Positions 1-9,420 of a stretch of 45,054 nt of DNA are shown one piece after another. Within the stretch, counting starts at the first letter, position 1; every line of letters starts with the position of its first letter. The DNA is from Myxococcota bacterium (GTDB lineage: Bacteria > Myxococcota > JACRCW01): contig JBFMGU010000064.1 of the NCBI GenBank assembly GCA_040752415.1, positions 1 to 45,054 on the forward strand, written 5' to 3'. The position numbers and the translations under genes are program-made. Under the pieces are notes generated by a model. That model did not search any database. It saw nothing but the letters and a program-made list of their open reading frames with translations, and had not been told where the DNA came from.

Positions 1-1
1 A

Positions 2-400
2 CCGCCCACCTCGCCCACGTCGTCACCCACGGCCGGGGCGGACCTGCGGGGCCTTCAGTCCATCCCGGAGATCTGCGGGCTGAACCGTGAGTCCGACGAG
101 GTCGTGGAGGACACCGCGGAAGCGATGCACATTGCGGTGTCGGAGTGCGCCGCGGAGGTGGGGGCCCATCCGCCGCTCTCCCCGGTGCGCTGGTTGGTGT
201 TCCGCGTAGATGTGCCGGAGCAGGCCCACGTGGTGCGCAGCCCGTCGGAGAGCTGGCGTGACCAGATGGACGCCTGCCTGCTGCGACATCCCCCGCGCTT
301 TCCCCGCGCCGTCCGGGGGAAGCCGTTCAGCGCGTGGTACCTGATGCAGGCCAACCCGCAGGACCGCCCGCCCGGGCCCGCGTGCGTGACCCCGGGCTGA
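2..400 (+). CDS. Hypothetical protein, 5'-truncated by the window edge
   Basis: Frame is open from base 2 (PPTSPTSSPTAGADLRG...) through the 104..400 ORF to TGA; no family recognised. Confidence 0.5.
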   Translation, partial: PPTSPTSSPTAGADLRGLQSIPEICGLNRESDEVVEDTAEAMHIAVSECAAEVGAHPPLSPVRWLVFRVDVPEQAHVVRSPSESWRDQMDACLLRHPPRFPRAVRGKPFSAWYLMQANPQDRPPGPACVTPG

Positions 401-425
401 CGTCGTCGTTTGGGCCGCGCGGCGC

Positions 426-590
426 TTTTCCCCTCCCTCTCCCTCTCCCTCTCCCCATCCCGGGACGCCCAGTGGGCCGGGAGCACGCGGTGCTTTTTCC
501 GCGACGGACGCCTCGCGTCACGTACGAGCGGCCCTTGCCCGGTGAACTATCCGGGAGAGGGAGGGGGAGGGGGAGAGGGAGAGGGAAAAA
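426..590. repeat. Imperfect polypyrimidine/polypurine inverted repeat (CCCTCT)n...(AGAGGG)n, REP-like
   Basis: 426-464 ttttcccctccctctccctctccctctccccatcccggg is roughly complementary to 551-590 ccgggagagggagggggagggggagagggagagggaaaaa; lies between convergent genes. Confidence 0.7.
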
Positions 591-651
591 CAAAGGCCCG
601 GCGGCACCGTGATGGCGCGGCCGGGCCCAGGAACCAACCCGACGAGAACCG

Positions 652-1920
652 TCAGGCGCTCATGGAGTCCAGGAACTCCTTGTTGGTCTTGGTCTGCTTC
701 ATCTTGGACAGCAGGAACTCCATGCTGTCGATGACGTTCAGCGGGTGCAGCAGCTGGCGGAGGATCCAGACGCGGTTGAGCACGTCGGGCGGAAGCAGCA
801 GCTCCTCCTTGCGCGTGGCGGACTTGTTGATGTCCAGGCACGGGAAGATGCGCTTCTCCATCAGCTTGCGGTCCAGCACCATTTCACTGTTACCGGTGCC
901 CTTGAACTCCTCGAAGATCACTTCGTCCATGCGGCTGCCGGTGTCGATGAGCGCCGTGCCGATGATGGTGAGGCTGCCGCCTTCCTCCACGTTGCGCGCC
1001 GCGCCGAAGAAGCGCTTGGGCTTGTGGAGCGCGTTGGAGTCCACACCACCGGACAGGATCTTGCCGGAGGGCGGCACCACCGTGTTGTAGGCGCGCGCCA
1101 GACGCGTGATGGAGTCCAGCAGGATCACCACGTCCTTCTTGTGCTCCACCAGGCGCTTGGCCTTCTCGATCACCATCTCCGCCACCTGCACGTGGCGCTG
1201 CGCGGGCTCGTCGAACGTGGAGGACACCACCTCGCCCTTCACGCTGCGCTGCATGTCCGTCACTTCCTCGGGACGTTCGTCAATGAGGAGGACGATCAGC
1301 ACCACCTCGGGGTGGTTGGTGGTGATGGCGTGCGCAATGTTCTGCAGCATCACCGTCTTGCCGGCGCGGGGCGGGCTCACCACCAGCGTACGCTGGCCCT
1401 TGCCCACCGGCACCAGCAGGTCGACGATGCGGGTGCTGTACTCGTCGGAGCGGAACTCCAGGTTGAGGCGGCGGAGCGGGTAGAGCGGGGTGAGGTTGTC
1501 AAAGAGGATCTTCTCCTTGGCCACCTCCGGCGGCTCGCCGTTGATCTTCTCCACCTTGAGCATGGCGTAGTAGCGCTCATTCTCCTTGGGCGGACGGATG
1601 GTGCCGGCCACGGAGTCACCCGTGCGCAGGTTCATGCGACGCACCTGGCTGGGGCTCACGTAGATGTCGTCGGGGCCCGGCAGGTAGCTGTAGTCCGGCG
1701 CGCGGAGGAAGCCGAACCCGTCGGGGAGGCACTCCATGACGCCCTCGCTGTAGAGCGTCCAGTTGCGCTCCGCGGCGCCCTGCAGCAGCGCGAAGATCAG
1801 GTCCTGGCGGCGCAGGCCGCCCACGGCGTCGATGTTGAAGTCGCGCGCAAGCTTCTGGAGGTCGGTGATCTTCTTGCGCTTGAGCTCGGCGAGGTTCAGC
1901 GTGTTGTGGGCTTCAGACAT
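652..1920 (-). CDS. rho: Transcription termination factor Rho
   Basis: DGFGFLR and [12 protein letters not shown]-binding motifs, P-loop [49 protein letters not shown]. Confidence 0.99.
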   Translation of the reverse strand: MSEAHNTLNLAELKRKKITDLQKLARDFNIDAVGGLRRQDLIFALLQGAAERNWTLYSEGVMECLPDGFGFLRAPDYSYLPGPDDIYVSPSQVRRMNLRTGDSVAGTIRPPKENERYYAMLKVEKINGEPPEVAKEKILFDNLTPLYPLRRLNLEFRSDEYSTRIVDLLVPVGKGQRTLVVSPPRAGKTVMLQNIAHAITTNHPEVVLIVLLIDERPEEVTDMQRSVKGEVVSSTFDEPAQRHVQVAEMVIEKAKRLVEHKKDVVILLDSITRLARAYNTVVPPSGKILSGGVDSNALHKPKRFFGAARNVEEGGSLTIIGTALIDTGSRMDEVIFEEFKGTGNSEMVLDRKLMEKRIFPCLDINKSATRKEELLLPPDVLNRVWILRQLLHPLNVIDSMEFLLSKMKQTKTNKEFLDSMSA

Positions 1921-2265
1921 GGTTTCTCTCTCGTGGTCCTTCCGGGCCCGCGCGCGCCATCCCGCTCATGGAGTGGGGCCGTCCGCCGGGCCTGTTTCGG
2001 GGTCTCGTGTGCCGGCTGGGACGCCGACAGCGGTGCTGCAATCGTTGTTGTGCCTGGGAACCTTGATTCCGCCCGCAAGCCCCAACGTCAGGGTCTTGCT
2101 TGAGGCGGAGCTTGGTTGGGGTTGGCTGGTGCCTGCCCGCTGAGCAAGCGCCGCGCGGTGTGATGCCAGGGAGGCGTGCCGGCGTCAAGCGGTGGCATGG
2201 GACGGGGGCCCGCTTGGGGGGAGGGCCACGCGGAGGTTATGGCGGCGCCGACGAAGGAGGAGCGC

Positions 2266-2544
2266 ATGCGGGCGGTGCATCTGCTGATCCACGGTCGTGT
2301 CCAGGGCGTGGGCTACCGGGCCAACACCGAGCGGGCGGCCCGCAAGCTGGGGCTCACCGGGTGGGTGCGCAACCGGGTGGACGGGGCGGTGGAGGCCCAC
2401 GCGCAGGGCGACGAGCAGCAGGTGGCCGCGCTGGTGAGCTGGTGCCACCGCGGCCCGCCCAGCGCGCGCGTGGACAACGTGCAGGTCACCGACGTGCAGG
2501 TGGACCCCTCGTTCACGGATTTCCTGGTCAGGCCGACGATCTGA
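2266..2544 (+). CDS. acyP: Acylphosphatase
   Basis: GRVQGVGYR and GWVRNRVDGAVE signatures, GPPSARV; AAGGAGG RBS 5 nt before ATG 2266 (ATG 2239 is an alternative start). Confidence 0.95.
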   Translation: MRAVHLLIHGRVQGVGYRANTERAARKLGLTGWVRNRVDGAVEAHAQGDEQQVAALVSWCHRGPPSARVDNVQVTDVQVDPSFTDFLVRPTI

Positions 2545-2550
2545 CGCCGC

Positions 2551-5500
2551 TCAGCTCTCCACCGAGAACTTCAGCCGGTTGCGCAGCGTGGCGTACTCGT
2601 CGGAGAGGATGAACTGCAGCAGCTCCCGGAACTCATCCCGCGCCAGCTTCTTCTCGGTGTCCGCCATGTCCTGCGGGTTGAGCGTCACGCCGACTTCACG
2701 TGCGGTCAGGCGCAGCACCACCTCGATGTCGTTGGAGAGCGCCACGCCGGCGCGCATGCGCGTGAAGCGCGTGGCCCGCAAGAACGCCGCGGGATCCCAA
2801 CGCGTCTTGGCGGTCATCAGCTCGGCCACGGGATCATGCAGCAGCTTCTTGGTGGCGCGGCTCATGGCCTTGCTGATCTTCTTGGACAGGTCCAACAGCT
2901 CCGGCTGCGGGTCCACCGGGAAGCGCTCGTCGACGGCGAGGCAGGCGGCGCTGATGAACTGCTGCAGTTGCGCCGGCTGCATGCCCTCCAGGATCTGGTG
3001 GCCGCTGTAGAGGCCCTCCAGCCGCTGGCCGATGATGAAGCGCTGCTCCCGCGTCTGGTGCCGCTTCACCACGTCCGTGCCGATGATCACCGACGGCGGG
3101 TCGGCGCTGGCAATGGCCAGGTCCATGGTCTTGGTCTTGTTGGCGTAGACGTCAAACGTGAGCGCCCCGCCCAGCGTCCGCATCAGGCCGTCGCACAGCT
3201 TGCGCAGGCTCTCCGTGTTCTTGGGCGGGAGACGCTCCGCCTTGCCCACGCCAAAGCTGGCCAGGTCCACCGGGAAGACCTTGTGGAGCTCCGGCGCCAG
3301 CGCCTTGATGATCTGACGCACCGGCCCGCGCTCCTTGGGATGGACCACCAGCGCTTCATGGTCCTCCGCGGAGAGCACGGCCTCGGTGTCCTGGCGCACC
3401 TTGGACTTGTTGTCGCCGTAGAAGAACTCCTCGCCCTCGTCGCCACGCTTGAAGAAGTGCAGCACTTCGCAGCAGACGAACTGGCGGTCGCGCTGGCGCA
3501 GGGCGTCGTAGATGCGCGCGAGATCGTGGTAGCTCTCCAGGCGCCACGGTTGCGCCAGCAAGACGCGCTTGTGCTCCTCCATGGCCACGCCGTACGTGCC
3601 GGGATTGCGCGCGTAGAGGCTGGCCAGGATGACGCGGGCGTCCACGTTCTCCGGGTCGCTCTCCAGCACCAGCTTCAGCTCACCCATGGCGCGGTCGGCG
3701 GCGTTGAGACGCTGCAGGTAGAGCAGGGCCAGGCGCATGTGCAGCGCGGCCAGGCGCGGTTTGTCCGACTTGGCCGTCTGCTGGATCATCGACGTGTACG
3801 CGTGCGCCAGGCCGGCGAAATCACCCAGCCGCTCGTAAAGGTCCACCAGCTTCTCCACGGCGAGCTGGTGATCCGGCTTCAGCTCCAGGATGCGACGGTA
3901 CGCTTCCGCCGCGCGCGGCCCATCCTGGAATCCCTCCTCCATGACCTGCGCAAGCTTGAGCAGGTGCTCCGCACGGGCCTCGGTGTCGGGGTCACGCTCG
4001 GCCAGGGCGGCCAGCATCTCCGCGGCCTGCGGCCACGCGCGCTGGCTCAGGTACAGCTCGGTGAGGTCGCCGGCCAGCGTGAGGTCGGTGGGCTTGGCGG
4101 CGAGGGCGGCGGCGTAGTGCTGGGCGGCACGCGCGGGGTCGGGCAGCTTCTTGTGGAAGATCTGCGCCAGCCGCTTGTGCACGTTGCCGGCGAGATTGGG
4201 GTCCGGGTTGAGCTGCAACAGCACGGTGTACGCCTGCGCCGCCTCCGGGAAGCGGTTGGCCGCGTCCTGGAGCTCGGCGAGGAGCTGCACCGCCGGCGCG
4301 TGGTTGGGCACCGCGCGGATCAGCGTGCTGAGGATGCTGATGGCGTCGTCGCCACGACCGAGGCGCTGCACCATGAGCTGCGCGCTGCGGAACAAGAGGT
4401 CCGACTTCTGCGCGGTGTCATTGGTGAACGCCGCCCGGCGCCCCAGCAGCTCCACCAGCTTGTCCCACTTCTGGTGCTTCTCCAGGATGGCGTCGAGCTT
4501 TTCCTGCGCTTGCGGGTGCCGCGGGTCGCGGTCCAGCAGACGGAAGTAGCAGTCCACCGCGGCGTCAATGTTGTTGAACTTCTCTTCCTGCAGCCGCGCC
4601 ACCTCCAACAACGTGCTGAACGCGCGCGCCGGATCCTTGGTGGCCTCCGCTTCCATGGCCAGCAGCTGCAGCTTGTCGGAGTGACGACCCAACTTCTCGT
4701 ACAGAGGCTCCAGTCGACGCAGCGCCGGCATGTACCCGCTGTCCGCCTTCAGTGCCTTCTCCAGCGCCACCACCGCCTCCTCGTCCTTCTTCATGCTGAA
4801 GGTGGCCAGGTCGGCCATGCGCATGCAGAGGTCCAGGATGCGGACGGGGTCGGTGGCCTGGGAGCGCTCACGGTCGTAGAGCTGGTAGAGGCCTTCCCAC
4901 GCCTGCGCCTTGCGGTACGCGCGCTCGACGGCACGCAGCGCCACCGGGTCGCCGGGGTTGTACTCCAGGACCTTGAGGTAGCTGGGGATGGGGTCCTGCG
5001 CGGGCTCCACGTGGTGCGTCTTCCAGCTGGCCACCTGCAGGTACAGCGCGGCGGCAGCGTCGGTTTCCGGCTCCAGCGGGGCCAGCCGTTCCGCCATGCT
5101 GATGCTGCGCGCCCAGTCCTTCCGACGGAGCGCGAGCCGCAAGGCGCCACGCAGCGCGGTGAGGTCGGCCGGGTCGCGCTCCAGGATCTGCTCGTAGAGA
5201 CGCGCCGCGGCCTCGGGCTCGTTCATGCGGTCGGCCAGCAGCTCCGCCAGGCCGCGCGCCAGCGAGAGCCACCGCGGGCCCGGCGGACACGCCTCCAGCG
5301 CCTTCTTGAGGGCCTCGTGCTCGGCCTTGATGTCGCCACTGGCGCTGGCCAGCTCGACCAGCGCGCTCAGCGCGGCGTCGAACGTGGGGTGCAGGGTGAG
5401 GGCGCGTTGGAACAGCGCCGCCGCCTCCGCGGGACGACCGAGCCTTGCGCTCAGGATCTCACCGGCCTGGTAGAGCGCGTGCGCCTGCTCCAGCGGGTCA

Positions 5501-7920
5501 CTGAAGACCAGTGCCTCCGCCTGCGCCATCTCGACGAGACCCGCGTAATCCCCCGCCGCCAGGAACAGGCGCATCAGCGCGCGGATGGACGGGTGGTGGT
5601 CGGCCTTCTCACCCAGGACCTCGCGGTAGGCGTTGATGGCCTTCTGGCGGTCCTGAAGCCGCTCCTCACAGATCTCCGCGACCTTGAACAGCAGGCTCAC
5701 GCGGTGATCACGCTGCCGCGTGACGTCGGCCTCCTGGCGGTACATGGAGATGAGGTCGGTCCACGCGCCGCGCTGGCTGTAGAGGCGACCCAACGCGCGC
5801 AGCGTGGGCAGGTACGAGGGGGAGAGCAGCAGCGCCTTCTTGTAGCTGGAGATGGCGCCGTCGACGTCGTTCTCCTTCTCCTCGAGGATCTCGCCGTTCT
5901 TGTGCAAGAGCGCCACCAGCTGCTTCTGGTCCTGCGTCAGCTCCGCTTCCATGGAGTTGATGCGCACCAGGTCGCGCCAGCGCTCCGCGCGCACGAACAG
6001 CTGGCCCAGGTTGCGGATGGCGGGCAGGTGGTTGGGCGCGGTCCGGAGGATGCGCTCGTACGTCTCAATGGCCTGGTCCAGGCGACCGAGCTTCTCGTCC
6101 CAGATGCTCGCGATCTTGTCGAGCAGGAAGAACATCTGGTCGCGGTCCGCGGTCTCCTTGACCTCGTCCTCGTAGAGCTGGATGAGCTCTTCCCAGCGGT
6201 TATGCGCGGCAAACAACGCGCCCAGCGCCTTGAGGGCGGGCAGGTAGCCCGGCGCCAGCTGGATGATCTCGCGGTAACACGCGGCCGCGCCTTCCTCGTC
6301 CTGGAGCTTGTCCGCGCGCAGCTCCGCCAGCTTGAACAGGCGCGGCACCTTCTGGCTGGGCTCCTCCAGCGCGGCCACCTCCGCCTCGTACATGCTGGCC
6401 AGCTCCGTCCAGCGCTGCCCCTTGTGGAACAGTCGACCCAGCGCCTGCACCGCCGGCAGGAAGCGCGGATTGACGAGGACCACCGCCTTGTACTGCGCGA
6501 TGGCGCCGGCCTCGTCCTTCAGCCGCTCCTCGAGGATGTTGCCTGCCTCGAAGTGCAGGGCCACGCGCTGCTTCTCGTCCTTGGCGCTTGTGGCCAGGGC
6601 CAGAAGCACCTCCACGTGCTCCTGGTGGCGACCCGCGGCCGCATACACCTCCGCCAGCGCGCGCAGGATGGCGGCGTCACGCGGGGTGCGGTGGCGCGCG
6701 CGCTCCAGGATGGCCATGGCGCGTGCGTCGTCATTGAGGGCGTAGCGCATGACCCGCGCCACGGCGAGCGGCACGCTGGCGGTCTCCTCCGGGTTCGGGG
6801 AGGCCTCCCACAGCCGCGTCAGGACGTTGATGAGCTCCTCGTGGCGACCCAGCCGCGCGTACAGACGCTCCAGCGCCTGCAGCGCCGCGGTGGCGCCGGG
6901 ATTGACGGAGAGCACCTCGGCGTAGACCTGGACCGCGCGCTCCACGTCGCCCAGCTGGGCTTCCAGCAGGCGCGCATACTCCAGGCCCCGCTCCGCGCGG
7001 CTGGCGCCTTCCGGCAACGCCTTGACGGCGCGCGAGAGCACCTCCCCAATCTCCGCGGTGTTGTTGCGGGCGCGCAGGATGCGGCACACCGCGTCCAGGG
7101 CGGGCTGGAACGCCGGGTCGGCCTCGAACGCGTTCTTGTAGGCGGTGAAGGCGTCCTCCGCCTTGTTGAGCTTGCTCTCCAGGATGCGGCCGCGCTCCAC
7201 CAGCAGACCCGCGCGCACACGCGGCAGGCGCTCCACGGCCAGCTCCGCGTCGAGGAGCGTGACCACCATGGCCCAGTTGTTGATGTCCTGGAACAGCCGA
7301 CGCGCCGCGTGGATCACCGGCACGAACGCGGGGTCCGTCTTGAAGGCCTGCTGGTACGCGGCGGCGGCCTGTCGGGGCTGGAGCAGGCGCTCCTCGAACG
7401 TGCGGCCGATCTCGAACCAGAGCGGGGCGGCGCGCTTGTCGGTGCCCAGCGCCTTGGCCTCCCGCTCATACGACGTGATGGCCTCCTGCCAGCGCGCGGC
7501 CTCTTCCGGCGTGGGCGGGGTAGGGGGCGGAGGAATGGTGCCGGGGACGGCGGGAAGCGGCGCGCTGACGGGCTGCGCGGGCGCGGGCGGCGCGGTGGCC
7601 ACCTGCGCACCGGGCCACGCGCTGGCGGGTGCGGGGGCGGCTTCCTCGGCGGGCGTGAGCCCCACCGACTCCGCGCTCACGGGAGCGGCCGCGGCGGGCA
7701 TGGGCGGCAGCGAGTGGTCCACGGCCGGGGGCGGCGTTACCGGGGGCATCCCGACGAGGGTCTTGTTGGCCGCGGGAGCGTTGGGGTCCTTCTTCAGCGC
7801 GTCCACGCTGGTGACCATGGACTGGTTGATGTCGATGTCCACGCCGTCATCACCCATGCCGAGATCGGCGCTGATGGCGGTGGACAGGGGACCACGTGGA
7901 AGGTTCATTCGGACCCTCAC
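2551..7920 (-). CDS. Giant tetratricopeptide-repeat protein with Pro/Ala-rich N-terminus and C-terminal degenerate M48-like domain
   Basis: 1789 aa ORF; dozens of helical repeats such as AIAQYKAVVLVNPRFLPAVQALGRLF; start may be ATG 7908. Confidence 0.85.
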   Translation of the reverse strand: MRVRMNLPRGPLSTAISADLGMGDDGVDIDINQSMVTSVDALKKDPNAPAANKTLVGMPPVTPPPAVDHSLPPMPAAAAPVSAESVGLTPAEEAAPAPASAWPGAQVATAPPAPAQPVSAPLPAVPGTIPPPPTPPTPEEAARWQEAITSYEREAKALGTDKRAAPLWFEIGRTFEERLLQPRQAAAAYQQAFKTDPAFVPVIHAARRLFQDINNWAMVVTLLDAELAVERLPRVRAGLLVERGRILESKLNKAEDAFTAYKNAFEADPAFQPALDAVCRILRARNNTAEIGEVLSRAVKALPEGASRAERGLEYARLLEAQLGDVERAVQVYAEVLSVNPGATAALQALERLYARLGRHEELINVLTRLWEASPNPEETASVPLAVARVMRYALNDDARAMAILERARHRTPRDAAILRALAEVYAAAGRHQEHVEVLLALATSAKDEKQRVALHFEAGNILEERLKDEAGAIAQYKAVVLVNPRFLPAVQALGRLFHKGQRWTELASMYEAEVAALEEPSQKVPRLFKLAELRADKLQDEEGAAACYREIIQLAPGYLPALKALGALFAAHNRWEELIQLYEDEVKETADRDQMFFLLDKIASIWDEKLGRLDQAIETYERILRTAPNHLPAIRNLGQLFVRAERWRDLVRINSMEAELTQDQKQLVALLHKNGEILEEKENDVDGAISSYKKALLLSPSYLPTLRALGRLYSQRGAWTDLISMYRQEADVTRQRDHRVSLLFKVAEICEERLQDRQKAINAYREVLGEKADHHPSIRALMRLFLAAGDYAGLVEMAQAEALVFSDPLEQAHALYQAGEILSARLGRPAEAAALFQRALTLHPTFDAALSALVELASASGDIKAEHEALKKALEACPPGPRWLSLARGLAELLADRMNEPEAAARLYEQILERDPADLTALRGALRLALRRKDWARSISMAERLAPLEPETDAAAALYLQVASWKTHHVEPAQDPIPSYLKVLEYNPGDPVALRAVERAYRKAQAWEGLYQLYDRERSQATDPVRILDLCMRMADLATFSMKKDEEAVVALEKALKADSGYMPALRRLEPLYEKLGRHSDKLQLLAMEAEATKDPARAFSTLLEVARLQEEKFNNIDAAVDCYFRLLDRDPRHPQAQEKLDAILEKHQKWDKLVELLGRRAAFTNDTAQKSDLLFRSAQLMVQRLGRGDDAISILSTLIRAVPNHAPAVQLLAELQDAANRFPEAAQAYTVLLQLNPDPNLAGNVHKRLAQIFHKKLPDPARAAQHYAAALAAKPTDLTLAGDLTELYLSQRAWPQAAEMLAALAERDPDTEARAEHLLKLAQVMEEGFQDGPRAAEAYRRILELKPDHQLAVEKLVDLYERLGDFAGLAHAYTSMIQQTAKSDKPRLAALHMRLALLYLQRLNAADRAMGELKLVLESDPENVDARVILASLYARNPGTYGVAMEEHKRVLLAQPWRLESYHDLARIYDALRQRDRQFVCCEVLHFFKRGDEGEEFFYGDNKSKVRQDTEAVLSAEDHEALVVHPKERGPVRQIIKALAPELHKVFPVDLASFGVGKAERLPPKNTESLRKLCDGLMRTLGGALTFDVYANKTKTMDLAIASADPPSVIIGTDVVKRHQTREQRFIIGQRLEGLYSGHQILEGMQPAQLQQFISAACLAVDERFPVDPQPELLDLSKKISKAMSRATKKLLHDPVAELMTAKTRWDPAAFLRATRFTRMRAGVALSNDIEVVLRLTAREVGVTLNPQDMADTEKKLARDEFRELLQFILSDEYATLRNRLKFSVES

Positions 7921-8036
7921 CGGCTAACGTGCCCCCCGGGGCAGTCAACCTCGTGTTTTCGCTGGACATGCGCCGGCTACAGAACGGTCCCGCCGGCGGG
8001 TTGTCAGTACCAGACGGCCGAGGGGCACAACAAGGC

Positions 8037-8579
8037 TCACCGCGGCGCGGAATGTGCGGCTCCCGCGTCCCCAACTGGCCATACATGCGCCTCCACCGGC
8101 CCCACCAACTCCAGCTCCTCGCTGGCCAGGTCGGCGCGGGCGCCCTGCTCGGAACGCAGCTCGAAGTTGGGCCCCTCCAGCGTCACCGGCGGCTCTGCCA
8201 CGGCAACGCCTCCGTCCGGGCTGAAGTAGAGCCGCGGGCTGCTGAGCTGGCGGTTGTTGTCGTCGTGGGCGCGGGCCTGCTCCACCACGAAGGTGTTGGC
8301 CTCCAGGTTGGCCACCACGCGCGCGGCCTGGAGCGTGTACCGGCCCGCGTCGGGGCGCTCCTGGGCTTCACCGGTGAGGTTGTTGAGGGTGACGCGCGTG
8401 CCGTCAATGTCCAGCTCCGCCGTGGGCGCTTCCATGCGCAGGACCTTGTGGTCGCCGCGGATGCGCTCGAACACCACGCCCTTGAGCTGGGCCATGCCGG
8501 CGTCGGGGCGCTCCGGTGGCGGCGGTGGACGACACCCCAGGGCCACGCACACCGACAGCGCCACCGCAGCGTGCTTCAC
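8037..8579 (-). CDS. LptC-like beta-jellyroll lipoprotein
   Basis: Lipobox VALGC; beta-strand pattern ending PVTLEGPNFELRSEQGARADLASEELELVGPV resembles the LptC C-terminus; start overlaps the upstream stop (GTGA). Confidence 0.6.
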   Translation of the reverse strand: MKHAAVALSVCVALGCRPPPPPERPDAGMAQLKGVVFERIRGDHKVLRMEAPTAELDIDGTRVTLNNLTGEAQERPDAGRYTLQAARVVANLEANTFVVEQARAHDDNNRQLSSPRLYFSPDGGVAVAEPPVTLEGPNFELRSEQGARADLASEELELVGPVEAHVWPVGDAGAAHSAPR

Positions 8580-9349
8580 GCCTTCTCCGGCCGGGGCCTG
8601 ACCACGAAATCCGGGTCCAGCTTGCGCGCCTGCTGCTCCGCGTTCCGACCCACCTCGCCATGCGGGTCCAGGTCGCGCGCCTTGCGCAGGTGTTGCAGCG
8701 CCTCGTCCTTGCGGCCTCGCACCTTGGCCATGGTGCCCAGGAGGAGGAACGCGTCGGCGTAGCGGGAGTCCACCTTCAGCGCGCGCACCGCCTCGGCCTC
8801 CGCCTCGTCGAGATCGCCGCGCTCATAGTGGCCCTTGGCGGCCTGGAGGTGCGTCTCCGCGTCGTTCACCAGCTCCACCTTGAAGAGCAGGCGGCCCGCC
8901 AGATTCACCACCGCGGTGCGCAGCACGCCGGCCCACGCCATGGACGCGGCCTCCAGCGCCAGGATGGCCCCCACGGGGATGTCCGGGACCACCTGCTTGC
9001 CGTTCCGGAGGACGCGCACCTTGTTGTAGCGACCCTTCTGGACCCAGTAGGTGACGTCGGAGCGCAGCTCGGCCAGGACCTCACCCACGTCGCGGCCGGC
9101 CACGTCCAACGTCCAGCTCCGCTTGCCCTGCTCCGTACTCTCGCCCTCGTCGGGGAGGAGCAGGGTGGGCTCGGCAACGGGCTCCTGCGCAGGCTTCCGG
9201 GGCGGTGCGGCTTCCACCGTCGGCTCCTCGGATTCCTTGGGTCGCGACGAGGCTTTCTCCGCGCGCGGCTTTCCGTTGTCGGGCGGCGGAGTGGAGCCGT
9301 TCTGGGGGACCACAGGGCGGACGCGACGTTTCCGGGGAGGCGTGGGCAT
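8576..9349 (-). CDS. DUF4342-like domain plus TPR protein
   Basis: KGRYNKVRVLRNGKQVVPDIPVGAILA...FKVELV resembles DUF4342; C-terminal TPR pair (AVRALKVDSRYADAFLLLG, ALQHLRKARDLDP). Confidence 0.65.
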   Translation of the reverse strand: MPTPPRKRRVRPVVPQNGSTPPPDNGKPRAEKASSRPKESEEPTVEAAPPRKPAQEPVAEPTLLLPDEGESTEQGKRSWTLDVAGRDVGEVLAELRSDVTYWVQKGRYNKVRVLRNGKQVVPDIPVGAILALEAASMAWAGVLRTAVVNLAGRLLFKVELVNDAETHLQAAKGHYERGDLDEAEAEAVRALKVDSRYADAFLLLGTMAKVRGRKDEALQHLRKARDLDPHGEVGRNAEQQARKLDPDFVVRPRPEKA

Positions 9350-9420
9350 GGAGGACCGGGGTCAGGGTTGCCCCCAACGTAATCATCCAGGCCGCCAGCG
9401 TCATCCCCCCTCGGGGAAGC

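Noticed and set aside
7850..8086. Possible frameshifted N-terminus (MSSENTRL...) of the giant TPR gene at a C6G4 run
   Set aside because: An in-frame TAG lies between the run and the TPR ORF, which has plausible starts of its own
2836..8229. 1797 aa plus-strand ORF, and similar long antisense ORFs (745..2103, 11922..13898, 18979..21339, 30004..32184, 35183..36973)
   Set aside because: Shadow ORFs opposite well-supported genes, expected from high-GC codon bias; no recognisable motifs
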